From the NCBI GenBank assembly GCA_000934665.2, contig KZ538683.1, positions 1-64,000 on the forward strand: a stretch of 64,000 nt of DNA. The letters are read 5' to 3'. The stretch comes from Catajapyx aquilonaris (Eukaryota). The translations under genes were made by a program, and so were the position numbers. Shown here in pieces: positions 62,931 through 64,000 of this stretch; positions within the stretch are counted from its first letter, which is position 1; every line of letters begins with the position of its first letter. The notes beneath the pieces were generated by a model. It saw only the letters and a program-made list of their open reading frames with translations, searched no databases and was not told the DNA's origin.

Positions 62931-64000
62931 TAAATGTTGCATTGTATTAAGAGTGGAAGCGAGGCTCTGGCAGTTATTCCAAATCTCCTGTACATTCTAC
63001 AGTATATTAGCACATCAAAAGCCATACTTGGCAGGCAAAACCAAGTATAAACTGTCGCAGTGGTGTGCCTTTCAAAATGTAGGGTTATTTACAGAGCACC
63101 CAAGGAAATCGAACCCATTCCGCTAAACAGGTTTCCTGACTTCAGCATAATATCCTACCTTCCGGAATTCTTGGAACTGTGACGTATCAGCTGAACTTCG
63201 GCCTTTGCGGATCATTTTTCATACCGGGAAACTGGGAATTTTAAATGCTAATTACGCCCTGGATGCGGGGAAAAATATGCAGATTATTTTTCACATACCT
63301 TGACACAGTGTCATTTACAGAATAAATTGAATCCAACAACATGTGCGAGGAAAGGGATAGTTTAAATGCCAATAATAATCTGCCTTGGTATGCCCATAAT
63401 TATTAGCATGTGCAGTAGCTATCAGCTGCTAATATTAAGTGGAATAAAAGCACTTTTTTAAAGTTGTGGGTCTAACCTGGGAAAAAATTGTTCAACCAAT
63501 TACTTCATATGACGAATTTGGGTACAGTTGTCCCGATATGTCCTTTCACATAGAGCATGTGCTAAGTTCTGAACGTATAGCCAAGGCACTCTTATTCGTA
63601 CCATGAATTCAATGTGGAACAACATTGTAGACTCGGCTATCAGAGAAGGTCGCACTCGTTTGCTATTAACTATAATATGGGTGTGTAATGAGCGGTTGTT
63701 TACGACGGGTAGTTTTAAAAAATGCGCATCATTTGACGCAGGACTGATGCCTCCCGTATCTGATCATTCAAACTTGTCCAGTTTATTGAGCTAAAATTGT
63801 ATGCTGTTCCCATATATACCTTCTTTCACGGCAGAAAGCGTGGATAAATTTCTCATCCAAAGCATCCAATGCAGCGCTTGATTGGTCGCTCTTATCAAAT
63901 GATTAATCTCACGCCGCATTGTATGGGCTTGGACGGAAAAGCTCACCATGGAAACAGAGCTTAGAAGCGCTTATGTAGCGATAAATATACGGGGTCAAAG

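Noticed and set aside
1..64000. Prokaryotic features (CRISPR arrays, operons, rRNA)
   Set aside because: The DNA is clearly eukaryotic with spliceosomal introns; no regularly spaced repeat array or rRNA was seen.

Overview
Eukaryotic (invertebrate, probably arthropod) draft-genome window with four recognisable spliced genes. (1) A complete striatin/Cka gene on the minus strand, 9 coding exons at 17430-4479, 766 aa. (2) A complete barrier-to-autointegration factor gene on the plus strand, CDS 24636-24979, 90 aa, with a probable non-coding first exon ending at 21297. (3) A complete syntaxin-5 gene on the minus strand, CDS 33496-31255, with long and short in-frame starts. (4) The first two coding exons of a phospholipase C-beta gene on the plus strand (35523 onward), head-to-head with syntaxin-5; its intron 2 runs off the window. 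Introns and intergenic DNA are dense with tRNA-derived SINEs and foldback/MITE derivatives of Tc1/mariner, PIF-Harbinger and hAT transposons. The main leads are 5-codon uORFs whose stop overlaps (ATGA) the upstream in-frame start in both syntaxin-5 and striatin, a candidate nested antisense spliced microprotein/lncRNA in the PLC intron, MITEs formed by inverted duplication of one transposon end, a CpG transition near 37.8 kb, and a BAF 3'-UTR hairpin. Exon boundaries were read by eye and checked for reading-frame phase; no database searches were run.
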